A stretch of 64,000 bases of DNA from an uncultured Candidatus Saccharibacteria bacterium (GCA_964415895.1 CAYQCC010000005.1:875-64874); one strand, 5' to 3'. Positions 47,363-57,596 are shown, counted from the stretch's first letter. Notes: generated from the letters alone by a model not told the origin. Made by a program: numbers and translations.

Positions 47363-48094
47363 ATGTCTACAAAACATTTATTTGAAAAATTCGCAACACC
47401 GATTTCTATTATTGTTGCAGGCGCATTAATTGGAGGCGGTATTATATTATCAAAACATGTAAACGGTTCTCCAGTACAAGGCGCATCAACAACAACTGCT
47501 CCTACCAGTGAGGCTGATGTTATTAAAACAATTAGTTCACTTCCTATTTTGAAAAAGATTGGAGTTAAATCAAAAGAACTTGAAACATGTATCGCGGAAG
47601 GAAAAGCTACGGCAGCAGTTGAAGCTGACATAGCACTTGGACAAAAAGCAGGTCTTCGAGGGACTCCTCATATGATTGTTATGATGAAAAAAGATGGAAA
47701 AGATATTCAATTCCCATTGTACGGAGCATTGGATAAAGCATCTATTGAAAAAGCACTAGCCGCGGGCGCAACTCCTGATGAGCAAAAATCATATGTTGAA
47801 AAGTTTGAACTTCAAACGTTAACTCCTAATGATCATATCCAAGGAGATGTTGCGACAGCTCCTGCAACTATTATTGAGTATTCTGATATTGATTGTCCTT
47901 ACTGCAAAAAGCTTCATCCTACACTACAGGAATTGCTTAACGAAGGTAAAATCGCATGGGTATATCGTCACTCACCAATCCCACAATTACACCCTTATGC
48001 ACAGGTAAAAGCTGTTGCAACACAATGTGTATATGAAATTGCAGGACAAAAAGCGTTCTGGCAGTACCTAGACGTGTTAGTAGCACAACAATAA
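47363..48094 (+). CDS. DsbA/BdbD-like oxidoreductase, circularly permuted
   Basis: The GLRGTP cis-Pro half precedes the EYSDIDCPYC half. Confidence 0.85.
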   Translation: MSTKHLFEKFATPISIIVAGALIGGGIILSKHVNGSPVQGASTTTAPTSEADVIKTISSLPILKKIGVKSKELETCIAEGKATAAVEADIALGQKAGLRGTPHMIVMMKKDGKDIQFPLYGALDKASIEKALAAGATPDEQKSYVEKFELQTLTPNDHIQGDVATAPATIIEYSDIDCPYCKKLHPTLQELLNEGKIAWVYRHSPIPQLHPYAQVKAVATQCVYEIAGQKAFWQYLDVLVAQQ

Positions 48095-48157
48095 CACTGA
48101 TTAAAAATCCTCTTTACAAGAGGATTTTTAATTTAATTTCTGGTATACTTTCACTAT

Positions 48158-48544
48158 ATGTCAAAAGAAACAAAAGTATTTTTGGGTATTATCGTTGGTC
48201 TAGTCGTTATTATTGGAGGCTCTTTAATTATTAACACTAAAACTCCTGGTAAATATGATGATTTTGCCCAGTGTCTCAAAGATTCTGGAACAAAATTCTA
48301 TGGAGCCTACTGGTGTCCTCACTGTGCAGCACAAAAGGCATTATTTGGAAAATCTGCAAAGAAATTGCCATATATTGAATGTGCTCTTTCTCAGGATAAG
48401 CAAACTCAGATTTGTATTGATAACAAAATTGAAAGTTATCCAACATGGGAACTTAAAGATGGTACACGTCTTCAAGTTGAAAATTCAAGCGGAGTATCAC
48501 TTGAAACCCTTGCCGCTAAAACATCTTGTGCATTACCTAACTAA
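48158..48544 (+). CDS. membrane-anchored thioredoxin-like protein
   Basis: YGAYWCPHC..QK.LFG, YIEC, I.SYPTW. Confidence 0.85.
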   Translation: MSKETKVFLGIIVGLVVIIGGSLIINTKTPGKYDDFAQCLKDSGTKFYGAYWCPHCAAQKALFGKSAKKLPYIECALSQDKQTQICIDNKIESYPTWELKDGTRLQVENSSGVSLETLAAKTSCALPN

Positions 48545-48549
48545 TAATT

Positions 48550-49101
48550 ATGTCACTTCAAACATTTAACATATTAATTGGAATTGGAGTTATTGCAATT
48601 TCACTTATCACAGTAACTCTTGTCATCTTTAGAGCTGTTATGGGAAAAGATAGTTCGATCATGCAATCAGTGCACAACTATGCATTACCAATTGGTTTTA
48701 TATTGGGACTTGCTGCGATTGTTGGCTCACTTACCTATTCAAACATCTATATGCTTCCACCGTGCTTATTCTGCTGGTGGCAACGAATATTCCTGTATCC
48801 GCAATTTGTATTATTTGCAATTGCTTGGTATCGCAACCGTAAAGGAACATTTGATGGCAAGGAAATCTTTTACTTCACAACACCAATGGCGATCATTGGA
48901 TCAGTTATATCGCTATATCACGTATTCCTGCAACAAGGCGTCATTGCAAACACAGGTGCGTGTTTGCAAAACGGAGTATCATGTACGACTATTGATATCA
49001 GTGTCTTTGGATTTCTAACAATCCCTATTATGGCTCTTGTCTTAGGTATTGCACTCGCACTTCTTGGAGTATTTGTTATCCGAACAAAGAAAAATCAATA
49101 A
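48550..49101 (+). CDS. disulfide bond formation protein DsbB/BdbC family
   Basis: GSLTYS...PCLFCWWQRIFLYP, second Cys pair, TIP.M. Confidence 0.9.
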   Translation: MSLQTFNILIGIGVIAISLITVTLVIFRAVMGKDSSIMQSVHNYALPIGFILGLAAIVGSLTYSNIYMLPPCLFCWWQRIFLYPQFVLFAIAWYRNRKGTFDGKEIFYFTTPMAIIGSVISLYHVFLQQGVIANTGACLQNGVSCTTIDISVFGFLTIPIMALVLGIALALLGVFVIRTKKNQ

Positions 49102-49244
49102 TGTCAAAAAACTACCTTATATAAGGTAGTTTTTTGACATTATTTTAAATAAAAGGCGTTTTAAAACTTACTATACACAACTATTACGCTAGGGTATAAT
49201 TAAAGTACAGAGATTTTCTCTACTTATTAGTAATAATTATTCAT

Positions 49245-49742
49245 ATGCATAACAAAAAGTTTTTAATTGGTGCGCTCGCTGCGATTGCAATTGCAATTAC
49301 TGGAATAGTATATTCTGGAGTAGGAACTAGCCAACCAGCTTCAATTGGTAATTTACTTGCACTGACTACTGCTCCTAAGGTAGTAAAACCAGTTTACGAT
49401 AATGGCGTGTATGTTGGCGCAGATAAAGTAGCAAATCCTCAGACATCTGGAAATACTACTGCTAAAGTGGACTCACAACCAAAAGTAAAATACCCAACAT
49501 CGGGAGAACCTAAAACAGGACTTGTGGAAGACCGAACACTTGAAGTTCCTACTAGCACGTATCCAGGCTTAGAAAAGGAAACAAAGGCTTTTCAGGATAG
49601 CATAACAGCTCTTGAAAAGAAGATTCAAGGAACTGTATCTCCAACGGATGGAAAACGAAAATTGATTATCCTTGGTAATGGCTGGTGTGCTAATACTGGA
49701 CCTTTTGGAGGAACTGCACATATATTCTATTGCGGACTTTAA
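49245..49742 (+). CDS. hypothetical secreted/anchored protein
   Basis: N-terminal hydrophobic helix, C-terminal Cys pair. Confidence 0.65.
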   Translation: MHNKKFLIGALAAIAIAITGIVYSGVGTSQPASIGNLLALTTAPKVVKPVYDNGVYVGADKVANPQTSGNTTAKVDSQPKVKYPTSGEPKTGLVEDRTLEVPTSTYPGLEKETKAFQDSITALEKKIQGTVSPTDGKRKLIILGNGWCANTGPFGGTAHIFYCGL

Positions 49743-49763
49743 TACTTGGTAACAAAAAAACGT

Positions 49764-50225
49764 CTAGACGTTTTTTTTGTTACCAAGTATTATCATTCGT
49801 CCACCATTATCATGCTCAATCTTTATATGGATTGCAGAATGTGGAATAATGGATTCTATCATTTCTGGCCATTCAATAATCATGAGCGCTTTCTGGGTCG
49901 CAAAATCTTCACTCAATCGTAATACTTCTAAATTTTCTTCACCTTCCAATCGATATGCATCCATATGAATAAGTTTCTTGAACACACCTGACTGTGTATC
50001 ATATATCTTTTTTATAACAAAGGTTGGACTTTGCAAGCTGTCTGACACACCAAGTTGCTTTGCAATCATTTGTGTCATCGTCGTTTTCCCTGCACCCAAA
50101 TCACCATGCAAACACAACACACAAGCAGTAGTTGTTTCCTCCTTTATATATTCATCAGAAACAACTGCCAAAATCTCTGTGGTAGCTTTCTTGAAATCTT
50201 CAATTGTTGTAGTATTCCATTGCAT
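49764..50225 (-). CDS. tsaE: t6A biosynthesis ATPase TsaE
   Basis: GDLGAGKT, SPTF, HMDAYRL, IEWPE. Confidence 0.96.
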   Translation of the reverse strand: MQWNTTTIEDFKKATTEILAVVSDEYIKEETTTACVLCLHGDLGAGKTTMTQMIAKQLGVSDSLQSPTFVIKKIYDTQSGVFKKLIHMDAYRLEGEENLEVLRLSEDFATQKALMIIEWPEMIESIIPHSAIHIKIEHDNGGRMIILGNKKNV

Positions 50226-50305
50226 AAATATAACCCTTATCTTACCTAAACTTTTGGAAAAAGCAAAAACTACCTTTTCAGGTAGTTTTTGTCATTGTAA
50301 GAGAA

Positions 50306-53300
50306 TTACAATTTAGGAGTTGGGCGATATGGCGTGTATTCAACTTCCGTTGTCTTAGTCACCATAGGCGCAACAGGCGCTGTAGGAACCATTTCTGGTG
50401 CATACGGAGCCATTGGTCCTTTATCTGTTGGATAGTAATGATGATGTTCCTCGCGTCCACGCATAGTGTAACGAATGATCAAAATCACTAGAATCAATAG
50501 TAGGATAATGAACAACCATCCAGCTAATGTTCCTGGTAGGAAATCCAATCCAAAGATTGAAGCTCCAAGAACATTTTGCGTTGATAGATACGTATCAGAA
50601 TCGTATGCGATTGCATTTTCCTGTGCTTTGTTTTCAGGGTTTTCAAATGCGATGATTGCTCGTGCTGTAATTGGATCATTATCTTTGAATGAATTTCCTT
50701 TTACGTGTGCACGAACTGTCATGTCGTCTTTTTCAAGAGCTCGCAATTCACGAATGTTTACGTAAATTGTGTTTGCTTTTCGATCGATCTGACCACGGTC
50801 TGCTCCGATAATCTGCAAGCCTTCTGGGATTGCAATTTCCAAAACCAAATCATCAAGATCTGTCTTTGTAATATTTTCCCATGTAATATCGTAGATTAAT
50901 TCATCTCCACGCACGATTGTGTCTCGTCCGTTATCGATTGTTAATCGGATATATCGTGCACCACCACCAATATTAGTAGCAGTTGTGATATTACGAATAA
51001 TGGTTGTTGTTCCACCATTATTTACAACAGGTGGGTTGTATACAGTTGTATAAGGCAATGTCGTAAATGACAATTGTGATCCATACACTGTATTTCCACA
51101 AGCCTGAGCAACTGCCTGGTAATAATAGGTTGTTCCTGCAGCAAGTCCAGTAATAGACTGAGAGATTGAGCCTGAACCACTTCTATAGATAGATGAAGTT
51201 GTAGATCCATATGCACCGTTTCGTCCATATTGGAAATACGTCTGAGCTGAGGAACAGCTTCCGATATTCAAATATCCATCAAGTGTTGCAGAATCTTGCC
51301 CTCGGTAAAAGATTGGTAATGTCTGAACAGAAGCACTCTGATTATTGTTGTAGTTGTAATTCTGAGTTACAAGGAATGAAAGTTCCTGACCACACTGTGT
51401 GTAACTATTATTAGCTGCACATGCGCGGTAGTAATACGTTCCAGGAATCAGGTTATACAATGAAACATTGAATGATAGAGAACTGTTGCTTGAAGTATCA
51501 CTTGAAATGTTTCGAGCACTTTGTCCACCTAATCGGTATTCAAAATATGTTCGAGTTGATCCATATGTGTTTCCATTGTATCGTCCTCGCAAGATAACAC
51601 TTCCACTATCCTGGTTAATCCAAGAATAGTCTTCTGTGTATACGTTTAGGTTTGATTGCTGAGTGTCGTAAGGTGCTTCAGAGTCATCGTCATAACCACT
51701 ACATCCTTGATCGTTTGGATAGTCGATACGTCCGTCTCCGTCGTTATCACGTCCATCACTACATTCATGTGTTTGGTTAACTGTGTTAACACCAACATAT
51801 TCTGTATCAGTTTGTGGGTTTGAAGGATTTGAACTCTTCCAAGCCTTTATTTCATATGTTCGTCCTGTGTAAAGAGGTCCGAATGGTTTAGAGTCATCTA
51901 CGGCGTAGTTAACGCCATCGATAGTCACAACGTCACATCCTGTTGTATTCCATGACAATGTTGTGTATCCACCAGCGTTTACGTTTGAAGGTGATGCTGT
52001 GAAATTATTAATCACACACTGAGTTACAGTGTTAAATGGTGATTCAGTTGCGCCCGTGTAACTTGTACATGCAGGGTCATTTGGATAGTCTGTAAATCCA
52101 TCACCGTCGTTGTCGATACCGTCGTTACATTGTGGTGCAACTACTTGGTTCACTCCAACATATCGGTTTTGAGTTTGAATATTAGAAGGGTTTGAACTCT
52201 TCCAAGCTTTCAGTTCGTATGTTCGTCCTGTGTAAAGAGGTCCGAAAGTTCGAGTAGCGTTTGCAGGATAGACAACTCCATCAATTGTAAGCTGGTCACA
52301 GTTTGATGTACTCCATGATAAAGATACATATCCACCAGAGTTTACGTTTGTAGGGTTGGCTGTAAAGCTGTTGATCACACACTGTGCAACAGTGTTAAAA
52401 GGAAATTCTGAATTACCATTTGCGTTAGCACATGCAGGGTCATCTGGATAGTCTGTAAATCCATCACCGTCGTTGTCGATACCATCGCTACACTGATGAG
52501 TGATAGGTCGTTCAATACGGAATGTTAATGTACTTCCACATGTTGTTCCATATGAGTTTCGGGCACATGCACGGTATTCATGAGTTCCAGATGAAAGATT
52601 TGAAATATACTTACTGAAAGAAAAGTTCCCTGTTGTTGAAGAATTTCCACAATCTTCAGCAGTGGTTTGGTAACCACTATTGTTGATGTTTCGCCATTCA
52701 AAATAAGTACATGTAGCAGCGCCGTTAGGGCTTACTGATCCATTAAGGGTTGCAAATCCATCTCCTTCTGAAAATGGTAGGTATGAACCTGTAGAAACTG
52801 TAGGTTTTGAACCAGTTTGAACTGGAGTAGTGCTCACTTGGAAACCAAGCACAACAGCACCTTGTGCACATAATGGGTTCGTTGCACATGTGTTCATTCC
52901 TCGAACAAGTCCGATATTCAATCCTCCTGATGTGAAGATATCTTCTTCGTTTGCCATACGAACAGGGTTGTTTCCTCGATCATAACTTACACTAAGAGAT
53001 CCAGGAATAAATGTGAGGGTTTGAGAAGAAGAAAGTGAGATAGAGGTTGAGCTTGTGTTTGAAGCACCACCACCTGAAACAGAACCATTCAATGTGAATG
53101 ATTGAGAGGCAGATGTTCCTGGTCGATTAAGCTTGATGATAGTGTTCGTTGAGTCTGCAGTTCCATTGTTATGGAAATACACAACCACAGCTACCTTGTC
53201 ACCTGCAGATGCAGAAGATGACGGTGTATATGACGGAGCGCCATACACTTTACTTGCGACCATAGAGTTGCCTGTAAGTCCGTTGATAGGACCATATGAC

Positions 53301-53410
53301 GTGTTTGGGTTTGCCCAAGAAACACTTCCAGCAGAAGCGGTAGAAACAGTAGCAAGTGCAACAATTGCAACGATTACTGTAGAAAATACTTTTTTAATAA
53401 TTGATTTCAT
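50306..53410 (-). CDS. large cell-surface protein with Ca-binding-like, Fn3-like and DUF11-like domains and a C-terminal TM anchor
   Basis: Three C.DG.DNDGDG..DYP.D..C repeats, YYYRACA/YYYQAVA motifs, C-terminal TM. Confidence 0.85.
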   Translation of the reverse strand: MKSIIKKVFSTVIVAIVALATVSTASAGSVSWANPNTSYGPINGLTGNSMVASKVYGAPSYTPSSSASAGDKVAVVVYFHNNGTADSTNTIIKLNRPGTSASQSFTLNGSVSGGGASNTSSTSISLSSSQTLTFIPGSLSVSYDRGNNPVRMANEEDIFTSGGLNIGLVRGMNTCATNPLCAQGAVVLGFQVSTTPVQTGSKPTVSTGSYLPFSEGDGFATLNGSVSPNGAATCTYFEWRNINNSGYQTTAEDCGNSSTTGNFSFSKYISNLSSGTHEYRACARNSYGTTCGSTLTFRIERPITHQCSDGIDNDGDGFTDYPDDPACANANGNSEFPFNTVAQCVINSFTANPTNVNSGGYVSLSWSTSNCDQLTIDGVVYPANATRTFGPLYTGRTYELKAWKSSNPSNIQTQNRYVGVNQVVAPQCNDGIDNDGDGFTDYPNDPACTSYTGATESPFNTVTQCVINNFTASPSNVNAGGYTTLSWNTTGCDVVTIDGVNYAVDDSKPFGPLYTGRTYEIKAWKSSNPSNPQTDTEYVGVNTVNQTHECSDGRDNDGDGRIDYPNDQGCSGYDDDSEAPYDTQQSNLNVYTEDYSWINQDSGSVILRGRYNGNTYGSTRTYFEYRLGGQSARNISSDTSSNSSLSFNVSLYNLIPGTYYYRACAANNSYTQCGQELSFLVTQNYNYNNNQSASVQTLPIFYRGQDSATLDGYLNIGSCSSAQTYFQYGRNGAYGSTTSSIYRSGSGSISQSITGLAAGTTYYYQAVAQACGNTVYGSQLSFTTLPYTTVYNPPVVNNGGTTTIIRNITTATNIGGGARYIRLTIDNGRDTIVRGDELIYDITWENITKTDLDDLVLEIAIPEGLQIIGADRGQIDRKANTIYVNIRELRALEKDDMTVRAHVKGNSFKDNDPITARAIIAFENPENKAQENAIAYDSDTYLSTQNVLGASIFGLDFLPGTLAGWLFIILLLILVILIIRYTMRGREEHHHYYPTDKGPMAPYAPEMVPTAPVAPMVTKTTEVEYTPYRPTPKL
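51790..52495. repeat. intragenic tandem duplication, period about 363 bp
   Basis: catgcagggtca..tggatagtctgtaaatccatcaccgtcgttgtcgatacc at about 52068 and 52431; tatgttcgtcctgtgtaaagaggtccgaa occurs twice. Confidence 0.85.
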
Positions 53411-53605
53411 AATATTGTTATAATAATTTAAGATAATATGTATTTTTCGACGAATACGTATCTATTCCATTAACTTTCTCTTCTTAAAAACCTCATATAT
53501 CTGTATACATAATATACCTATATAAGATTTTTAGAAAGAGGGTAACGCAGCTATTTTACAATAGGCGTTACCTTCTTTTTTTGTTTTTAAAAGGTTAAAA
53601 TTTTT

Positions 53606-54799
53606 TTACTGCTGCATGGACAAATTTATTTGACCAAGCTTTTTTAATGGATTCTGCACACCACCATCTCCACTGGTTGGGTCGGTAGTTGGAATAATGA
53701 TAGGGCTATGAACGCCGCCATTTCCAGTACCAATAGTGGTTGTGAATGGTCCTACTTGAACCCCACCACCCAGTTTTTTCATGCAACGTTGCGTTGCAGG
53801 TTCGAAATACTCATCTACCGCACAAACTTGAGTATTCTGTCTAATAATGGGCGGAGTCTGGGTAGTTGTGGTTGCTGCACCAGTAAAGATGTTAATAGGA
53901 TTTGAATTAATGTTGTTATCACTATTAATCTTACTTTTGTTGACATTAACGTTAATCTGATCAGGCAATATCGCATCAATAATAGCTGCCGCAACCAAAC
54001 CCTTCGGATATGGTTGCTGGTAAGCGACACCTTGCTGATATCCACCTTGCATGATTGTACCTTGCGGAATGTATCCTGTTTGTACAGTCATCATGCGTGG
54101 ATCTCCTAGTGGAGTGAACCCTGTTGACAACCCGCCTGGTGTTGAAGCACCATTTGTAGCAGTTGCCGTGGCCGTTCCACCTGCACCACCTGCAGCATAA
54201 TTATTAACAGTAAAGTTAATAGTAGCTCCTGCTGGTGCTTGAATTGTTGTAGTACTGGTGTTTGCTGGTTTTTCAAAATTAGAAGCTGTTGATACTTTTG
54301 AAAGAGGATTCAAACAGCATTGCGAAATTTCTACCGTTGCAAAAGGTCCAACGATGGTAATCTTGCGTTCACCTGGATATGGATCACGCGTAATCGCATC
54401 ATCTGTTCCAAATAGATCGCCGGATGTTTCACCAATTTTGATACCTTTCGCATTCACCTTACCAACTATCAGAGTTGAAGGAGCAGCTAAAATTAACTGA
54501 ACAATTTCGCTATCTGATACTGATCTTCCAAAAGCTTTTTCAATAGCTTCATGAACATCTTTTTTGAAAAATGCCATGTGTTTTGCTTTTTGGGTAGCTT
54601 TTTGATACAGAGAATAATCAGAATACTCTACAATATTGATAGGTATACCTAAGTAGTAACCTGCCATTTCTTGTTGAGTACGGTTAATCTTATTCTCTTG
54701 TGGCAAGTATGCCACCAGATTATATCCTTCCGCTTTTAGTGTTCTGGTTGCCAACATCGCTACGATGCTTAAGGCAAAATAAGTAAGTAATTTTTTCAT
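53606..54799 (-). CDS. hypothetical secreted protein
   Basis: Signal peptide MKKLLTYF...LKA; low-complexity G/T/Q C-half; TTGACA-17-TATACT promoter at 54967..54995. Confidence 0.75.
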   Translation of the reverse strand: MKKLLTYFALSIVAMLATRTLKAEGYNLVAYLPQENKINRTQQEMAGYYLGIPINIVEYSDYSLYQKATQKAKHMAFFKKDVHEAIEKAFGRSVSDSEIVQLILAAPSTLIVGKVNAKGIKIGETSGDLFGTDDAITRDPYPGERKITIVGPFATVEISQCCLNPLSKVSTASNFEKPANTSTTTIQAPAGATINFTVNNYAAGGAGGTATATATNGASTPGGLSTGFTPLGDPRMMTVQTGYIPQGTIMQGGYQQGVAYQQPYPKGLVAAAIIDAILPDQINVNVNKSKINSDNNINSNPINIFTGAATTTTQTPPIIRQNTQVCAVDEYFEPATQRCMKKLGGGVQVGPFTTTIGTGNGGVHSPIIIPTTDPTSGDGGVQNPLKKLGQINLSMQQ

Positions 54800-55037
54800 A
54801 TAACTGATTTTTTATTTTTTAAAATATTTGAAATGAATGATTATCAAAACTTCGAGAAAGTCCTGCAAAACCTTGATAATCACTCATTTCTTCAATCAAT
54901 TATATGAATTTAACCTTTACAAAGATCATATGCCTAAAATAGTTATATTTCAGGGCATTTGTTGGCAGTATAGCATATTAGCATATATTTGTCAACCTCT
55001 GCATTATGTGGCATTTTGGGTGAATCGGGGTGCATTT

Positions 55038-55131
55038 TCCCCTCCCTTATGTAGGAGAGGGCTAGGATTAGGTAGTTCTTTTTAAATACCTCCTCCGGAT
55101 TTCAGCCACCTTATGCTACGTAGGAGAAGGA
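55038..55131. repeat. degenerate family 3 paired palindrome
   Basis: cccctcccttatgtaggagaggg...aggtag / tacctcc...ccaccttatgctacgtaggagaagg resembles 25638..25760. Confidence 0.55.
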
Positions 55132-55138
55132 AAATACA

Positions 55139-55166
55139 TGGATACCAGATCAAGTCCGGTATGACA
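55139..55166 (-). repeat. orphan family 2a palindrome
   Basis: Reverse complement TGTCATACCGGACTTGATCTGGTATCCA, 2 differences from 4515..4542. Confidence 0.9.
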
Positions 55167-55172
55167 ACCACA

Positions 55173-55293
55173 AAAAAAGCCGCTGCAGTGCAAAATTATA
55201 TTTTCAACAAAATGTTAAACGCATAATTTTGCACTACCGGCTTACCTTCCACAGAGACTGTCGATACAGGATCGAAAGAACCTCGCGGTCTCA
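55173..55293 (-). ncRNA. candidate sRNA or structured 3' element
   Basis: Possible GTGACA-16-TATTGT promoter, a gagac...gtctc junction, then a long hairpin ending in U7. Confidence 0.4.
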
Positions 55294-55320
55294 ACTACAA
55301 TATCACATGCGAAATTAATG

Positions 55321-57519
55321 TCACCCTTTCGCCACTAAATTTTCTATGGTGTTTCGAATTTCTCTCAGTTGTGATGCAACACTAACGTTTGGTTTTCGTG
55401 ATTGATGCTGCTCTAGTGATTCTAGTCCACTTACAATCTTTTCAACTTCACTGTGAACAACAACTGTTGGATCATACATGATCCATTTTGAAACATCGGA
55501 ACGAACTAACAGATTTACAATTGTCTCCTTTAGATCAGTAATCTTTTGCTTAATTCCCTGTTCAGGATGCTTGTCTTGTTCTTGTTCAAGTGTCTTTAAA
55601 TAGTCTACCAGCATGATTAATTCCTTTATTGGCAAAACGCTTTCGGTTGCAGCTGTTGTTGATTCAACTAAAGTTCCGTCTTCGGACAGTGCAGCAGGTC
55701 GAAACTCAATATCATGACTCGGTTCTATCACAGGAGAAATTGGTTTTTCCTCGACAACAGTAGGAACACTGACATACGTTTCTGAAACAACAGGAACTGC
55801 TTGCTTATTCCAACCTTCTGGTAGATCTTCTGCCATATCAACCGTACTCTGTACTTCCTCGATTGTGGTAATACCAGATAATATCTTTGAAACACCGTCT
55901 TCTACCATCGTAAAGATTCCTTGGTGTAATGATCCATGTTTGATTTCACGCTCTGTTGGATTATTTGCAATAATATCAGCAACTTTGTCATCCACTAAAA
56001 TCGCCTCGTATAATCCGATTCGTCCTTTGTATCCGATATTGTCACATTTTGGACATCCGACTGGTTTAAACATCTTGAATTCGCTTGTAGCCGTAACGCC
56101 CATATAACTAAAGTCTTTTCCTGTCTCTTCTCCATTTTTAACAATAGCTCGAAGCAACTTTTCTTCGTCAGCGGTTGGCGTATATTCTGCCTTACAATCC
56201 TTACATAAACGACGAATCAGACGCTGTGCCATGGCAACGGTCAACGCATCTGGTAAAATTTTTGGATTCACGCCAAGCTCGATTAAACGCGGAATAGCAC
56301 CAGCAGCATTGTTGGTGTGGAGTGTTGAAAGCACAAGGTGACCAGTAAGGGACGCATTAATAGCAGTACTTGCGGTTTCCTTGTCACGAATTTCACCTAC
56401 CATGATTACATCCGGATCCTGACGCAGTGCTGCACGCAAACCTGAACTAAAATCATATCCTTTATCGTGATCTACCTGTGTTTGTGTCACACCTGGCAAG
56501 TGATACTCGATCGGATCTTCGATCGTTAGGATTTTAATTTCTGGTGTATAGATTCTTTTTAGGAATGAATACAAGGCAGTCGTTTTTCCGGATCCGGTCG
56601 GACCAGTGGTTAGCAACATTCCGTTTGGTTTATCAATTTCTATTTGCAATACATCAAAGAGTTTCTTTTGAATTCCCATTTGTTCCAATTCCACAGTCAA
56701 TCCTTCTGGGTTCAAAATACGCATTACAATTGATTCACCGTAGGGACCTGGAATTAATGATGTACGAATTTCAATCTCCGTACCTTTATACATAATGGTA
56801 AAACGACCATCCTGCGCGGTTGCGGTACTCGTCAATTTCATTTCTGAAAGAAGTTTAATACGCGAGTTAATACTTTTATAAATCTCCAGTGGAAATTCTA
56901 CAATATCTTGAAGCACCCCATCCTGACGAAAACGCAAACGAGAAAAATTCTCGGCAGCTTCGATATGAACGTCGGAAGATTTCGTTCCAATAGCTGCACC
57001 GAAAATAATTTCCATTAACTTGGAAACTTTATGAGCATCTGATGAACCAATCATCGCCATAAACATATCTTTGATATCACTATTGGAATGAACTTGTTTT
57101 GCTAGTTGTTGTAAACCTTCATCAGTAATATCAAGCAGTCCACCGCGAGTTCGAAGCGATCCACTGACATCAGCATAACGCGCCCACGCTTTTTCCAAAC
57201 TTCGCATAGACACTAAATACAGGTGAACAATAAAACCTTTAGTTTCCAAGTTATCAATCTGTTCGATCGCACCTACATCTGTTGGTGATTGCACGGCAAT
57301 ACTTAATTTTTTACCAACCATTCCAAAACAAGCTATTTTTGCAGAGCGTGAAATTTCTTCTGAAATCAATAACAGACCGTCAGTGTTAATTCCAATTCCA
57401 GATAAATCAACATAGCCGATACCATATGTATCAGCCAACGCTTTTACCGCCGCCTCTTCTTGATGAGCATGAATTTCCGCAAGTTTTTTATTCTGTTCTT
57501 CATCGTGGAATACCGCCAT
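55321..57519 (-). CDS. GspE/PilB family assembly ATPase with C-terminal extension
   Basis: SDVHIE, QDGRF, GPTGSGKTT, EDPIEY, LRQDPD, TGHLVLSTLHTN, C..C motifs, GYKGRIG. Confidence 0.95.
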   Translation of the reverse strand: MAVFHDEEQNKKLAEIHAHQEEAAVKALADTYGIGYVDLSGIGINTDGLLLISEEISRSAKIACFGMVGKKLSIAVQSPTDVGAIEQIDNLETKGFIVHLYLVSMRSLEKAWARYADVSGSLRTRGGLLDITDEGLQQLAKQVHSNSDIKDMFMAMIGSSDAHKVSKLMEIIFGAAIGTKSSDVHIEAAENFSRLRFRQDGVLQDIVEFPLEIYKSINSRIKLLSEMKLTSTATAQDGRFTIMYKGTEIEIRTSLIPGPYGESIVMRILNPEGLTVELEQMGIQKKLFDVLQIEIDKPNGMLLTTGPTGSGKTTALYSFLKRIYTPEIKILTIEDPIEYHLPGVTQTQVDHDKGYDFSSGLRAALRQDPDVIMVGEIRDKETASTAINASLTGHLVLSTLHTNNAAGAIPRLIELGVNPKILPDALTVAMAQRLIRRLCKDCKAEYTPTADEEKLLRAIVKNGEETGKDFSYMGVTATSEFKMFKPVGCPKCDNIGYKGRIGLYEAILVDDKVADIIANNPTEREIKHGSLHQGIFTMVEDGVSKILSGITTIEEVQSTVDMAEDLPEGWNKQAVPVVSETYVSVPTVVEEKPISPVIEPSHDIEFRPAALSEDGTLVESTTAATESVLPIKELIMLVDYLKTLEQEQDKHPEQGIKQKITDLKETIVNLLVRSDVSKWIMYDPTVVVHSEVEKIVSGLESLEQHQSRKPNVSVASQLREIRNTIENLVAKG

Positions 57520-57596
57520 ATTAATAAAAGTATATCATATGATGTTTAAATCCCCTCCTAGTTTAGGAACTGAACGCTTGATTTTGAGGTTTGTAC

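Noticed and set aside
55235-55262. SRP RNA or 5S rRNA similarity (GGAAGG..AGCC)
   Set aside because: Lacks the CAGG...GGAA...AGCAG helix 8 loop and 5S motifs.
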